From: Eledone cirrhosa
Taxonomy: Eukaryota
Direction of reading: 5' to 3'
Assembly (NCBI GenBank): GCA_964016885.1
Contig: OZ024741.1
Coordinates: forward strand, 77,872,001 to 77,936,000
DNA length: 64,000 nucleotides
Each line of letters starts with the position of its first letter. The first letter of the stretch is position 1. Below, piece by piece: positions 12,751 through 26,467 of the stretch. The position numbers were made by a program, and so were the translations under genes. The notes below the pieces were generated by a model, which was given only the letters and a program-made list of their open reading frames with translations, was not told the DNA's origin and ran no database searches.

Positions 12751-13344
12751 ATATATATATATAAGCCAATTTAATCCCTGTTTGATAAATGTTGGATAAA
12801 TACCCGATTGAGGCCACCGCGAAGAGGCTACGTTCGGTTATTTGTCGGAGATTTCTCCATAAGAGCCTTTATTCTTATAGCTTGTTCTAATTGATTTTTT
12901 ATATGGTTAATTATGCTAATTAGAAGAAGAAATAGTATATATTTTATCTGATGATTCTAAAGACATGATTTATGATATATTGCTCTGATTTTTTAATTTA
13001 TTAATTCTTCATAGAGCTTAAAAGTGACCAGTTGCAACATGTATATATCTATAACTTTATGTATATGTTAACCTTTATATTTAATAATCTCCCGATAGGT
13101 TGAGATTAAATTTGGCGATATTTGGCTGCGCTTTCTAGCAGCAAGCCTACCTGCCATAAGCAACCAATCACATTCCTTCTGGCTTGACCACAGCCACATA
13201 GCGATTCTTAGTCATTTTTTAATCTATATATATATATGTAATAAAATATATATATATATTTATACATATATAATAATATAATATACTCTCGCTTACTCAC
13301 TTCCCATCCCTTTCTGCATTCTGAAACTCACATCTTTTCACTTT

Positions 13345-14077
13345 TTTAACTCCCAAAGTGATGCTTCTGCATCACTTTGATGACATACTCAAAGCTTTGG
13401 GAGATGGCACCAACACGGATGCTATTTACCTTCACTTCAGCAAGGCCTTTGTCAGGGTCAATCACAACATCCTGTTGAAGAAACTATCCAACATTGTAGT
13501 CTAGAAAGCTACTGCAGTGGATTAAGTGGTTCCTGACAAACAGATCCCAGCATGTTGTGGTTGAAGGAATATGATGAAATTCAGCTAATTCAGCACTCCG
13601 TTGGGTTCACATTTTTTTATTATCTACATCAATGACATTATAGATGTCATTAAACACAGCAAGATAAGTATTTTCGCAGATGATTCCAAGCTCCAAAAGG
13701 TCATCAAAAAGGTGGGAGTCCGGACATGCCTTCAATCAGATCTGCTCAGTGTTATCCAATGGGCAACCAAAAACATTAAGCTACAAAACAAGGATAAATG
13801 TCAATTAATCCACTTTGGAAAAGTGGATGCATTGAAATTACCATATTCTTTCTCCTCAGGTGAAACCCTTGTAGCATCAAACAACACCAGAGACCTCGGA
13901 GTAATTGGTGACAACAACTGAAGCTGGAGTACTCATATAAACACCAAAGTTGACTTGGCCCACAGGATGTGTTCCTGGATTCTCAGAACTTTCCAGTCTA
14001 GAAAAATCCCCACCAACCTCCTATTCTAATCTACCTTTGTCTGGTCCCATCTTGAATACTGTTGTCCTCTATGGTCT

Positions 14078-14078
<1 letters not shown>
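13345..14078 (+). mobile_element. Degenerate CR1/L2-type LINE RT fragment
   Basis: DAIYLHFSKAF.RVNH..LL.KL, IYINDI, IFADDSKL, RDLGV and LEYCCPLW motifs. Confidence 0.8.
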
Positions 14079-14112
<34 letters not shown>

Positions 14113-14139
14113 GTGTGTGTGTATATATATATATATACA

Positions 14140-14187
<48 letters not shown>

Positions 14188-14660
14188 CATATGTTGAACC
14201 TAATAAAACTGTGTAAAATTGCGTCCTGTGTTTTGTTTATTTCATTTATTAACTATATATATATAAATTGAAATACCCACCCAGTCAGGTAGTCTGGGGT
14301 GCCATTTCAAAGTCTGGTTATGCCAGCTTATATCTTTTGACCCTGGGACATCTGTGAATGGCTAAAAGTACCTGGTATTGATCAAGGGCAAACTGTAAAT
14401 AAACATACACATACATTGATGGAACATATTCAGGCACAAGGCAGGTAACCATAGCATATTTCCCATCCAGAAAAGAAGTTGATATTTGTTGCACATGACA
14501 AGATGGTATTTTGAAAGGGATGCATAAATTTTGCACTGAAGCAGTAATAAATTAACACCAATTGTACCAATGTGTGTGTGTGCGCATGCATATATAGAGC
14601 AAATATTTATTTAGGGGAACATATGTTTAAGCAAAAAATCTCTACATTCATCCTATATAC

Positions 14661-14708
<48 letters not shown>

Positions 14709-14946
14709 GTGTGTGTGTGTATGTAAATGTATGTGTGTGTGTGTGAGTGATTGTTATCAGAATCCATGTCTGTTTTATGTTTACTGGTATAAATCAGCAT
14801 TTGTTTCCTCTGTCTAAACATAACTTACTAACTATAGAAAAAGACAGAGATCAATAAAATAATTACTGGGATCAATACGACTGATTGTAACATTCTTAAC
14901 TGTTCTAGAATGACTGCAGTTTAATGATTGAGAATAAAATAATTAC

Positions 14947-14998
14947 CTGAAACATGGGATATAAAGAACATTCCAGAAAAGACCACCAAAAGGTACAT
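14947..14998 (-). CDS. Alpha-carbonic anhydrase-like gene, coding exon 1 (signal peptide MYLLVVFSGMFFISHVS-G)
   Basis: ATG at 14998, hydrophobic 17-aa leader and phase-1 donor CAG|GTAATT. Splices in frame to the WTYH microexon. Confidence 0.8.
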
Positions 14999-16617
14999 CA
15001 ATCTAAATGTTGTACTCTCAAGCATCTTTTTTGTTAATGACTGTGAAATGTTATCTTTTGTTGTACTCCCTTATTTATTTATTTCTTCTTGCACTTTATA
15101 TATTTCAAGACTGTTTAATTTGTTTTACAGCTTTTTTTCTTTCTTTCCTTTTTTTAGCCACTTGTCATTCATTATCTGAACATCAGTCAGTATGTGTGTA
15201 TTTACTCCTGTTTTTGCTGTTTTAGATCTATTTCCATCGTTCTAATTACATAAGAAAATGTCTTTCCAAGAAGTATTAAATCCATATATCTTGAAAGAAT
15301 TCAAGAAATATTCTTTGGGATTATACAATGTATTTTTTTTCTTTTTTCTATCCACTTGGTACTGGTTTCCTTTCACTTAATAGACCCCTAGATTATGGCA
15401 GCATACACTGAAAAAAGAAAGGAAAAAATATTCAAATAGGAAGAAATTTTATACACATGCATGCACATACACACTATCAATCCTTCTTTATTTCATTGCA
15501 TATCACACGTGTGTGCACAACACAGAGTGTATTAGAAGAATAGTGGCTTGACTAGGTTATAGATATATGACAAAACACTTTGATGCACTATAAAAGGAGT
15601 CTCCAAAATACAACCCACAGGCCACATCCATTCTGCAGGACACTTTTATCTAGCTTGTGAGATCATGTGATCCCTATTTCCCCATTTTTTCTGACTCTTA
15701 CAACTATAATGTATATATTGCATACATTGCATTTCTGTACAATATAAGTCTATCACCTCTGAAATGTCTATGTTGTAAACTGCAAGTCTGCAAATTGTGG
15801 AAATTATTAAATTGCAATCAAAGAAAAAAAACTGTTCCTATTTCATATTTTGCTGCTTATTCACTTTCTTTAACTTAACTGAAATTATTGTTTACAGTGC
15901 TAAAAAAAAATGAAAGCTTAAAGTCTGTGTGATGCTTTGAAAAGTATAAGATATATTTAAAACTACACATATTAAAAATGCTAAAACATTTATTTAGCCC
16001 ACCCAATAAAAAATTGAAAAGATATGTGCCATTTTTACCTAAATTCATACACACACACACATTTATATATATATATATATATAAATCAGTTCCTGTATGA
16101 GCAAGCCATGGTCAGCCGACCAGACATTTCCCACAACAGGACAACCCGTCTAACCCATGCTAGCGTGGAAGAACGGATGTAAAACGGTGATGATGATGAT
16201 GATGATATATATATATATATCATTGTCATCCTCATCATCGTTTAAACATCTATCTTCCACGCTAGCATGGGTTAGATGGTAATTGTCCCATTGAGGCAAG
16301 ATTGGGCAGGTGGCCGTGTCTCGCTCGTATAGGACTATCTGGCAGGTTTTCTACAGCTGGATGCCCTTCCTAAGATGAACCACATTTACAGTGTGGACTG
16401 GGAGCTTTTTACCGTGTTACCTACACAACCACATTACAGCGTGGACTGTGTATTTTATATATATATATATATATATATAAGCAAAAGGGATATTCAATTT
16501 GTTGGTAATTCAACAAATATAAATGTTTATAACTGATTCAGAGCACTCGACAAGTTTTCTGGAGTATAATATTCAATGATATTAAATAAATGGAAACTAT
16601 ATTTATAAAACCATATT

Positions 16618-16678
16618 TATTTTATTATATATATTTCAAGGGTACCAAAACTTTGGTACGCTCTCATCAGATAAAATA
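16618..16678 (-). ncRNA. Minimal type I hammerhead ribozyme in the pLTR
   Basis: TATTTTAT-CTGATGA-stem II (GTACCAAA/TTTGGTAC)-GAAA-TATATA-TA-ATAAAATA. Confidence 0.85.
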
Positions 16679-19600
16679 CAAAGTTTGTTTTATAAATGTT
16701 GACATAACCAAGAAAAGATACCTTAACGGTTCAAGTTTTTCTTGGATAGTGAAGGAAAAGAGAAGAAAAGTCAGATATTTCAAATTATTAAGATGAGTAT
16801 GCAATGAGGTTGAGGTATAGGGCTGAAAAAACGTTATTTTTAGACGCTCTGCAGAATTTGAATAATTAGGATATATGTATGTATAAGTAGGAAAAAGAAA
16901 AAAAGAAAGAAGAGCTTGTATTTACGTTAATTTAAAAGGAATTAACAATTTGCAGGAATGGTGGAATATGATTCCAGAATTTAAATTTATTTAGCTATAT
17001 TATGAGTTATAATATCGTATATATAATCAATTATATTATATGAAGAATTACGGTTGTAAGTAGATTTTATCTTATTACATTACAATAGGTTGTAAGTATA
17101 TAAATATCTATATAGATTAATAATTGTGCATGTAAGTGTTATAGAAATAGAAATAATTTACAATTATTAGTTGTTTATATTTCTAATATGAGTTACGAAG
17201 GATGTTGATTTTGCATTTTACATAAAAAAAAACACGTACTTCAAGTTGTAAGAGGAGAACAATTTGTAGATTCAAATATTTTGTTCCAATATTGAAAATG
17301 TTTTTAGAATATTGTTAATTTAGCGAAGTTATATAGTTTATCATACACATTATATTGTAATATAATGTTTATGTTTGCACGATTGAAAAGGAAAAGATAA
17401 CTCCAATCTTGTTTGTTGACCGTTAAATTTGATGAAAGATTTACTCAGAAAATATATATAGAAAATTATATATTATTTTGTGTGAGATTAATTTCAATTA
17501 TATTTATTATTTTAGTCGAAAGATGTATGAAAGTTTGAAGATCTAAGAAGAGGAAAAAAGTAATGCGCATTTCGAAGAACTATCGTAAAGCGGATAAACT
17601 TTCAGAATGTCGGTTAAAGATTATCAATCTACATCTAATAAAATATATTTAGAGGGTATCATTAAGAAAATAATGTCAAATGGTAAAAATAGTAAAAAAA
17701 TATTAAAAAATTAAAAAATTAATGTCAAATGGTAAAAATAGTAAAAATATTAAAAAATTAAGGAAGATCATTTAAAAAAATTTAAATTTAAATTTGTAAA
17801 GAAAATAGGATCATTTTAAAGGTGTATAAGATATAGTCAAGTGTAATGAATATCATAAATTAAAAATACTTCTGAAAGTGGAATTTTGGAGATGTCTGCA
17901 ACTAGAAAATAATTCTGTTTTAAGATTAATAGAGTTTTGACAGTTAATTATATAAAAGATTTCCTCGATACACAAGTTACAGAATCTTGAGAAAGCCATA
18001 TTTCGGTATGCAGGTGCTTTTGAACTCGTTCCCCAAGATATTGAATAGTCTATATTGTTGTCTTTTACGTTCCAAATTAAATGTGAAAGTGAAGTGGAAG
18101 ATTTTTTATCGGATCTATTAAATGTGTGTTTATGGTTATACCAGCGTTCTTTGAATTTTGTAGAAGTGGCACCAATATAGTTAAATACTTTGTCTCTAGT
18201 TTTAACTGTGCATTAATAAATTAAGTTTTTGTCTAAGCAATTATTTTGTAAAGGGCAGTTTGATTTAATTCTACAGTTACATTTTCTGGAGTTGTTGTTA
18301 TTCGGAACGGTACTATTATTCTGAATATTGTTGTTAGAAATATTATTATTGCTATCTTGGTTTGTTTGGTTAGGGTTTAAATTTAAGTTTCTATTATTAA
18401 TTCTATTTATATTTTGTGCTAAGTTCATAGTTGTAGAGTAGGATAGTTTTATAGTGTGTCTGTTAAAAATAGAGTGGTATCTGTGGGCTTTAGGAAAACA
18501 TTTGTCTAGTGCTTTAAAAAATAGCTTTGCTAAAGTTGTTTTAACGCTTAATGAGAATGGGGGAGAGTACCAAATAATATTTCTAGTTCTAGTTTTTTTG
18601 TTTGGTTTAGTGTTTAAGTTAAATTGTTTATTATTATTATAATTAATTCTAGGATGATTTGTCATGTTATTGTTATCTATGTATTTAATTTTATTCGAGT
18701 ATCCTGTTCTATGTAAAGCTTCATTGTAATATTCTGCCTTATCATCAAAAATATTTTTATTAGCAGAGATGCGTGAAATCCGTTGTTGGGCGCTATTGAC
18801 AATAGTGTTTTTTTATATTTCTAGGATGATTAGAATTGAAACTTACATAATTTAGATTTTCGTTAATTTTATGGAATGGATAGTAAAGACCTGTGCTAAG
18901 GTTTAAGGTTACATCTAAGAAGTTAACGATTTTGTAATTATTCTCGATTTCTAAATTAGTTGTTGAAAAATTGTATTATGGATTTCCTTTTCCTATTAAT
19001 TTCACTATTGCAATGGTTTTCAATTAAAAGTAACATATCGTCATCTCTGGCCTTTTCCTATGCGGTACATTATTAATAAATAATCCAGCGAGGTCCGTTA
19101 CTTGCGCCGAGTCAGATGATCCCATAGTGATATTAAAATTGTTTTTTCTGTCGGCTCTTGTCCAGAGATGATTATTAAATTCTATTAGGGTTTTACGTGC
19201 TGTTAGAATTATATTCATTTTTTCACTAGATAGGTCTGTATGTTTAGACGCGTAGATAAGTGCCTTATTAAGTAAGCTAGGGGAATTTGCAATATCCATT
19301 TGAATGAATTTTTTGTTATGTTTTAATTTTATATTATTAAACCAATCTATAACTCCATTAGTACCGTTTCATAGTTTAAGGTGTGATTTTTCTTTAAGTA
19401 GTGGTATAATTCTATCTAATATATGCTTGCTAATTATGCCTAAGTCCGATTTAGATGGTGCGATGAGTCTGACTGGTAGTTCAAATTCAAAATTTCTTTT
19501 GTGGTCCTTCAGGTTAATCTTCGGCTTTCTAGGTATAAAGGGTTCGGTCCTATTTTGAATGCCTAATTTATAAATTATTTTCGAAGCTTCCCTATTTAAC

Positions 19601-20257
19601 GTTGAAAGATCTTCATTTTATGTTATTTTGTTATTTTGTAGTTTTTCCTGAGTTCTTTCAATATAAGGTTATTATATTCGTCCTTTTCCATAACATATAA
19701 ATTATTTGTTTTGTCAGATTTTACCAGGATTTTCTTTGTTTTTTTTAGATGGTCTATTTTATTCTTGAGGCCTTTAAGGTACTCCTGGCCGATAAATTCG
19801 TTTCTTTTGAATTTAATGTTTTTTATAATAGAGATTACTTCATTTTCAAATTCGGCTAGTAGTTTGTTGCTAGGTGGATTCTTCTTAAATTTGAAGATAA
19901 GATCGAAATTGTAACTAGATTTATTTATTTTGTCCTCCGATTTTTTATAAAAATGGAAAGCACGCTATCTAAGTCTTCGTATAAAGGAGTCAGATTTCTC
20001 TGTGTTGTTTTAGATATTCCTTATTTTTAGGTAAGGGTACATCTTTTAAAGAAGAAGAAATCCTAAAGAATTCCATTATTTTGCAATCAGTTATAGTTTA
20101 AAGTGCTCAACATTAAAGGAGCAAAAGGGATATTCAATTTGTTGGTAATTCAACAAATATAAATGTTTATAACTGATTCAGAGCACTCGGCAAGTTTTCT
20201 GGAGTATAATATTCAATGATATTAAATAAATGGAAACTATATTTATAAAACCATATT

Positions 20258-20318
20258 TATTCTATTATATATATTTCAATGGTACCACAACTTTGGTACG
20301 CTCTCATCAGATAAAATA
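20258..20318 (-). ncRNA. Hammerhead ribozyme, second pLTR copy
   Basis: Same motif as 16618-16678 with a few stem mismatches and an intact core. Confidence 0.75.
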
Positions 20319-20709
20319 CAAAGTTTGTTTCATAAATGTTGATACAACCAAGAAAAGATACCTTAACGGTTCAAGTTTTTCTTGGATAGTGAAGGAAAAG
20401 AGAAGAAAAGTCAGATATTTCAAATTATTAAGATGAGTATGCAATGAGGTTGAGGTATAGGGCTGAAAGTGAAGTGGAAGATTTTTTATCGGATCTATTA
20501 AATGTGTGTTTATGGTTATACCAGCGTTCTTTGAATTTTGTAGAAGTGTCAAACTGCCCTTTACAAAATAATTGCTTAGACAAAAACGTAATTTATAAAT
20601 GCACAATTAAAACTAGAGACAAAGTATTTAACTATATTGGTGCCACTTCTACAAAATTCAAAGAACGCTGGTATAATAGATCCGATAAAAAAATCTTCCA
20701 CTTTACTTA

Positions 20710-22347
20710 AATCATAAAATTAACTATAAAAGAATTTATAATACAAGTGGCCCACAAATAAGTACCATAAAACCAAATACAAAACATAAGCATATAACAT
20801 CATCACAACCAAACACACACCAGAACACATCACCACAATACATTAACAAACCCAATTCTTAGCCCATACATAACCTACAAAACCATATAGAAGAACTGGC
20901 GCATAGAAAAGCATCTAAATGTAACTGCCATCTACCTGACAAATGCCCTTTACAAAATAGATGCCTAGAGACAAATATAGTATACCTATGTACTATAAAT
21001 TCAGGTAGCTTGGCAGAAGTTTAAGAAAAGGTGGTACGTACATAGACACTCTATGATTAACAGAAATCTCTTAAATACAACGACTCTCGCCAATAAAATC
21101 TGGCAACTCAAAGATGCAAACATGGAATATAAAATCAGCTGGACGAAACTATCTAAAGCAATGGCCTATCAAATTGGTATGTCCCACTGTGGTCTCAGTA
21201 ATATGGAGCTTTTCCAAATTTTAAATTATAACAAAATTCTCCTTAACAGTAAAACTGAAAGAACTATTTTTTTGTCGACATAAATCGGCAACCAAATTCG
21301 AGAACTTTAGACCAGCTTAATTCTATCTTATCTATTCCATAACCCAGTTTGTACCACTTGGATCTATTATAATATCACATTATCATCATCATCATCATTA
21401 TGTTTATGATTATAATTATAATTGTCACCATCTATCAAAGAACAACATCAAAACCTCTTATATTTACATTCTTATTTTATATATCTCTATCTTTCACTCT
21501 ATATTTATATTTCTCTCCCTAAATTTATTTCATCTCTGTCATTCTATTTTATCATATATTATAACTTAAAGCTAATTAATTTATTTATTTATTAAAATAA
21601 CCAATACACACATAAATGTATTTAACATTATCATATTTTTATCTTAATGTCTCTACATATATTCTAATAATTCTCAAAAACCAATCTCAATAATTTTAAT
21701 ATGCTTAAATATTCTTCGCAAATTTTTACTTCTTTTGCGTATTTATTTTCATTTTTCATTTTCACATTTTATACCACTTTATATCACATTAGATGCAATT
21801 TATTTATTTATTTATTTATCAATTTTTTAATATATTTTTTATATATTTATTTTTATGTTTATTTACATTTATTCATATATTAACGTTTATTCATTTATTT
21901 CCCCCTCTATTTTTCTTTCTATCCTACGTTATTTTTAATTATGCTTGTTTCTCCTCTATCTTTGATCATTTTCTATATATTTTCTTCTCTTTATATATAT
22001 TTTTTTTCTCAGTAATAATTTCTCCTTTTTCTTTTTTCTCTTTCTCTTTTTCTTTTTCCTTTCCTTTCTTTCTTTACTGTATCTATCTCCTTTTCTTCCT
22101 CTTTTTTCTCTCTATATCTTTATTATTAATATTATTATTGATGATGTAATTTGAATTTGTAAATTTTTCGGTTACATATATTTTCAATCAACAGTTTCTG
22201 AAGATCTGAGCGAGCTAACATTGTATTTAAAATTGAGTGGCACTGCTTCTAGTGTTCAGCAATTTTTAGACATCTTTATCAGTGAAACAATTGTTAGACT
22301 GTAAATAAATCCCCTTTTTTGTACTGTTGACCATGTTATTCTCCACT

Positions 22348-22355
<8 letters not shown>
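20710..22355 (+). mobile_element. 5'-truncated Penelope-like element (GIY-YIG remnant plus long 3' UTR)
   Basis: KCNCHLPDKCPLQNRCL..IVY.C, FKKRWY.H, TTLANKIW and LLNSKTE motifs, with a hammerhead near the 3' end. Confidence 0.8.
22191..22302 (+). ncRNA. Hammerhead motif with expanded stem II
   Basis: ACAGTTT-CTGAAGA-(about 79 nt, closed by CTGA/TCAG)-GAAA-CAATTG-TT-AGACTGT. Confidence 0.65.
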
Positions 22356-22387
<32 letters not shown>

Positions 22388-22411
22388 GAGATAACAAATT
22401 ATTGTTATAGG

Positions 22412-23668
22412 ATTCTCGCAAGCTCTGGTGAATTGGCTCGTTATAACTATGTATTGGTGATCGATTGACGCAGAAACAGGCGGGTAGCGATCTCTAGACC
22501 TACCAGTTCAGAGAAACAATTGTCAGCAATGTGATTTAAAGCCCTTATTGTATAGCAAACCATGTCACTCTTCTTTCTTGATTTATATATATATATAATA
22601 TTAATTCAAAATATTAACAAAATAGGTATTCTTGTGATCAAGTATATTTTATTATACATATTTCACAGGTACTGAGTTAAGTTCAACAGTACGTCCTCAT
22701 CAGATAAAATAAGATGATGCATGACATACCCTGACATAGCAGATGGTTAAGATTCAGTCATGGTAGTGATTAACATATGACAAAACTCAATATTTATACA
22801 CTAATATTGAGAACATGAGAAAAATATATAATACAAACAATAGAGAGGGTGCTTGTAATACAGCTTAAAAAATACATGGCGTCAATATAACAGTTAAAAA
22901 AAAATTTTTTTTTAAACTACTGAAGAAAGAGGAAAGAAAGGAAAGCATAGAGGAAGAAACAGCTGATGTGATAATATATTTAGTAGGTGCCTCGAAAAAC
23001 AAATGAGAGATGATTAAAGAGAGAGAGAGACAAAGGGGAGTAATTTATGTTCAAGTTTATAGACAATTATCCATATAGGCAATATATATCCAAACTAGTT
23101 GACCGTTAATATTCAAAATATTTAATTTAAGTTATTTCAGAGTAATGAGTAATATTTTAGGTTTTAAAAGTTAATAGGTGTTTGTATTAATATTATATTA
23201 TACTATCAAGTTTAATTTCTAAAATTCAAATTTTATGAAAACAAATTTAAAGGATTTACGAAACACGAGAAAGAAAATATATAATGCTTTTATACCCTCA
23301 CGAAGGTACACTTTACCAAAATTATTTATAATATTGACAACAGTTTATATAATATAATTTATAAAATAATTATAGTTAAAATTATTAAAGAATTTATGAT
23401 TAAACAGTTTGAGTGCCTAAAAGCACCAACCTCATTTACAGTGAGTGTTGGGTGCTTTTTTTCGTGGCGCCTACACGTCCACTTTACAGTGTGGGCTGGG
23501 TGCTTTTTCGCTGTGGCACCTCCACGACCACTTTGCAGTTGAATGATAGGGACCCCAGTCCTATCATCTCATTAATATTAATAACTCTGGAAAACCTTTT
23601 TTGTTGAGTGCTTCCAATCTATTGTAAAACTCATTCTTTGATGTATTCATTGAACCTTGCTTAACTTT

Positions 23669-23747
<79 letters not shown>

Positions 23748-23917
23748 CAGGAAAGAAGAGTGACACGGTTTGCTATACAAAAAAGGTTTTTAATCTCATT
23801 GCTGACAATTGTTTCTCTGAACTGGTAGGTCTAGAGAAAGCTACCCGCTTATTTTCACGTTATTCGATCACCAATACAAAGTTATAACCAGTCAATTCAT
23901 CGGAGCTTGTGAGAATG
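22412..23917. repeat. Inverted pair of about 170-bp Penelope-type repeats with degenerate hammerheads
   Basis: 22412-22585 is the reverse complement of 23745-23917. Cores are CTGGTGA and CCGATGA (consensus CTGATGA), followed by GAAACAATTGTC. Confidence 0.7.
22645..22711 (-). ncRNA. Minimal type I hammerhead ribozyme
   Basis: TATTTTAT-CTGATGA-(GTACTG/CAGTAC stem)-GAAA-TATGTA-TA-ATAAAATA. Confidence 0.75.
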
Positions 23918-24591
23918 AAAAGAATATACAGGCATGGCTACTATATATAGTAGTAATGGCATTCAATCAGAACAATAACAACAATACTAACAATGCTAGC
24001 AATAAATTATTTGAAATAATCACAACATCAATCTAGGTGGGAAGTATAGTATATCTATGATTTTAGCGTGTAAAACTAGCTGACATGAGGCAGATGTATA
24101 AAATTGACATGTAAAAGCTGTCATGGGGTGTATTATATCTAGTGTAAAGATAAGCCGGTGTCTTTAAACAATGCAGGTCAGGAGTCGTTTATTATCTGAC
24201 AGATGAAGAATTTATCACTGTAGTTAGATTTGTGTGGTCTATATTAGATGAAAGAGTTGTCTAGCTTTTTCATCATCAATATCATACATGTATAAGACAA
24301 CATTAACAGAGTAGCAATATAATGGGCAAGTTAATACAGAGGTTAAGGAGGCAATATATATATATACACAAGGACAACAACACTAACTACAGTATTAACT
24401 GGTCGAGGTTGTCGGCCGCAAAGACCTACAGTACCGGTATGTACCATTGTAGGCTATGTGATCTAGAATAACTGTATATCCTTAGAAATGTAAAAAGGCT
24501 ATTCAACAACAAGTTAGAAAGATCCATCTTCTGCAGACACACGATCGCCACTAAATTCACAAGATTTAAACCTCCGTGAATCGAGATCAAT

Positions 24592-26374
24592 TATAGAGTT
24601 GGAACGGAAGTGACAGAAAGAGTTCTGCCACCAACGGGAAGTAACTCCAACTACTTCCTGTCTAGAGAGCGTTAATCTATTGGTGATGTGAGTGTCACAA
24701 CAAGGGAGGCAACTCCTGCCACATTATCTCCCGCCAGATTTTTAAAATATAAAAATCGAATGAAATATGTATGTAGTAAGTTGGCGAGAATGTTGTAACA
24801 GGCATGAAAATTACGAAAAAACTAATGTTTGCAATAATAGGAAAACAGCAAAATATATGCATGCAAAAATCAATGATAGATATCAAGGTAGCCAACCGCT
24901 CTTGGCCAGAGAACGACTGGACATCTATCTATCCATCACCCAAAGATACAATGTAATCAAAGTAAAAGAAGAGGTCAAAGTTCAAAATACAGTTCACAGG
25001 TGTGCAATCACATGACAGCAGAAAAGAAAGTGTGTTCCAGAGAATGAATGCAGGTGGTTTCTGTTCTGTGGTATAACGTGAAATTTCCAACCTCCGAATG
25101 GATTTTCTCACAGGAAGAGTGCTGCAAAAATAAATTCTCTGGCTTGTTCTGCTGGTTTTGGTTGTTGATGAAGCTGTGTTGCTGTTGATGTCTCGCGGAG
25201 TGAGCGTATTCGATGTTTAAATTCACAGTAAAAAAATTTTCCAGAAAAAATGAGTTGCGCAAAGTGCTAGAAATAATAGCCGAAGTTGATGGTCGATGTT
25301 GAGAATGCGTTGACTTGGAAGGGTCAAGAGGCCAGCGACCAAATAAATAAGCATTCTGAATAAATGCGCAGTTTTCAACGGCAAATTTACGAGGTAAATT
25401 TTTAAACCGGCAAATAGGAGAATATAGCTTAAGGCTGGAGAATCCTTGGTGAGAAACGTTATCTCTGCCGTGTGGTTATCTCCGTTAGTCGAGAATTGTG
25501 CTGCCTAGACGTGCCAAAACAAGGTTAAGTTGAAAAAAATATTTCTATTGCGCGAGAAAATGATAGGTCGTTGGCAGCCATTTTGAAAAAATGTGTGTGT
25601 GAACGTGACAATATGATGAAAAAGAAAGAAAGGCTTCACTTAGTATAACAAATATGGCGAGTTCAATTTTTTTTTGTGAACGATGAAGAAAACGATGAAA
25701 AAAAGCAATAGTTGAGATTCATCGAAAATAAATGTTCATGTTGATGTTTGTTTAAAAAAATATCAAATTTCTTTTTTTTTTTTTTTTAAAGTGTTCGTTG
25801 TAAGAAGAAACGAAAAACATATATTTATAGAGTGAAATGCGACAGTTAGTTGATGCGCGAGAGAAAAAGAGTCTGTCTGAACGAGAATTTCACATGTGCG
25901 TATGTTCGTTTCTGTGTCTGCGTATTTTCCTAGTTTGTTAATAAAATTTGCTGCGTATTCGTAATGTTACTCACACAACACCAGATTCTGCTATTTTTTC
26001 GGGGTCACCATTTATAACAAAATACTGGTGTGTATGAATATAACAATAGACGTGATTTGTGTGTACAATATTTAATCAACAATTTGTGGTTATATAGAAC
26101 AGTATAGTTGACATGTCAATGAATAGATGAAAGAATGAAGCAAAGTTATTAGTTACCGTTTGGTTGCCATGCGAATGCGCCTGGCCGAAGGCCAGGAGCC
26201 GAAAGGGCGAATGAGAGATAGGGAGCTGAAAGTTATTCCCTTTATAGGGTTGGAACGGAAGTGACAGAAAGGGTTCTGCCACCAACGGAAAGTAACTCCA
26301 ACTACTTCCTGTCTAGAGAGCGTTAATCTATTGGTGATGTGAGTGTCACAACAAGGGAGGCAACTCCTGCTACA
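24592..26374 (-). mobile_element. Internally deleted, non-autonomous Gypsy-type LTR element
   Basis: 5' LTR about 26374-26013 (starts TGT, has TATAAA). PBS TGGTGACCCCGA at 26010-25999, complementary to the tRNA-Trp 3' end. Degenerate gag (AQFSTNG), purine tract GGCGGGAGATAA and a partial 3' LTR at 24723-24592. Confidence 0.75.
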
Positions 26375-26467
26375 ATATCATCCACTACCCGGAGTACCAT
26401 AACTGGACTACACCTAAGTGGACTACCTATAACAATAATTTGTTACCCCGTATATATATATAGGAAA

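Larger units (their letters stand above)
16481..20547 (-). mobile_element. Penelope-like element (RT + GIY-YIG) bounded by about 345-bp direct pseudo-LTRs
   Basis: Direct repeats 16481-16828 and 20121-20468. RT (ITMGSSDSAQVTDL.GL), IIWYSPPFS, CNCR..CPL..CL and YKC..YIG..FKERWYNH motifs, with stops and frameshifts. Confidence 0.9.

Noticed and set aside
12941-13050. Additional hammerhead at ATTTTAT-CTGATGA
   Set aside because: No matching GAAA, UH or stem I' could be placed downstream.
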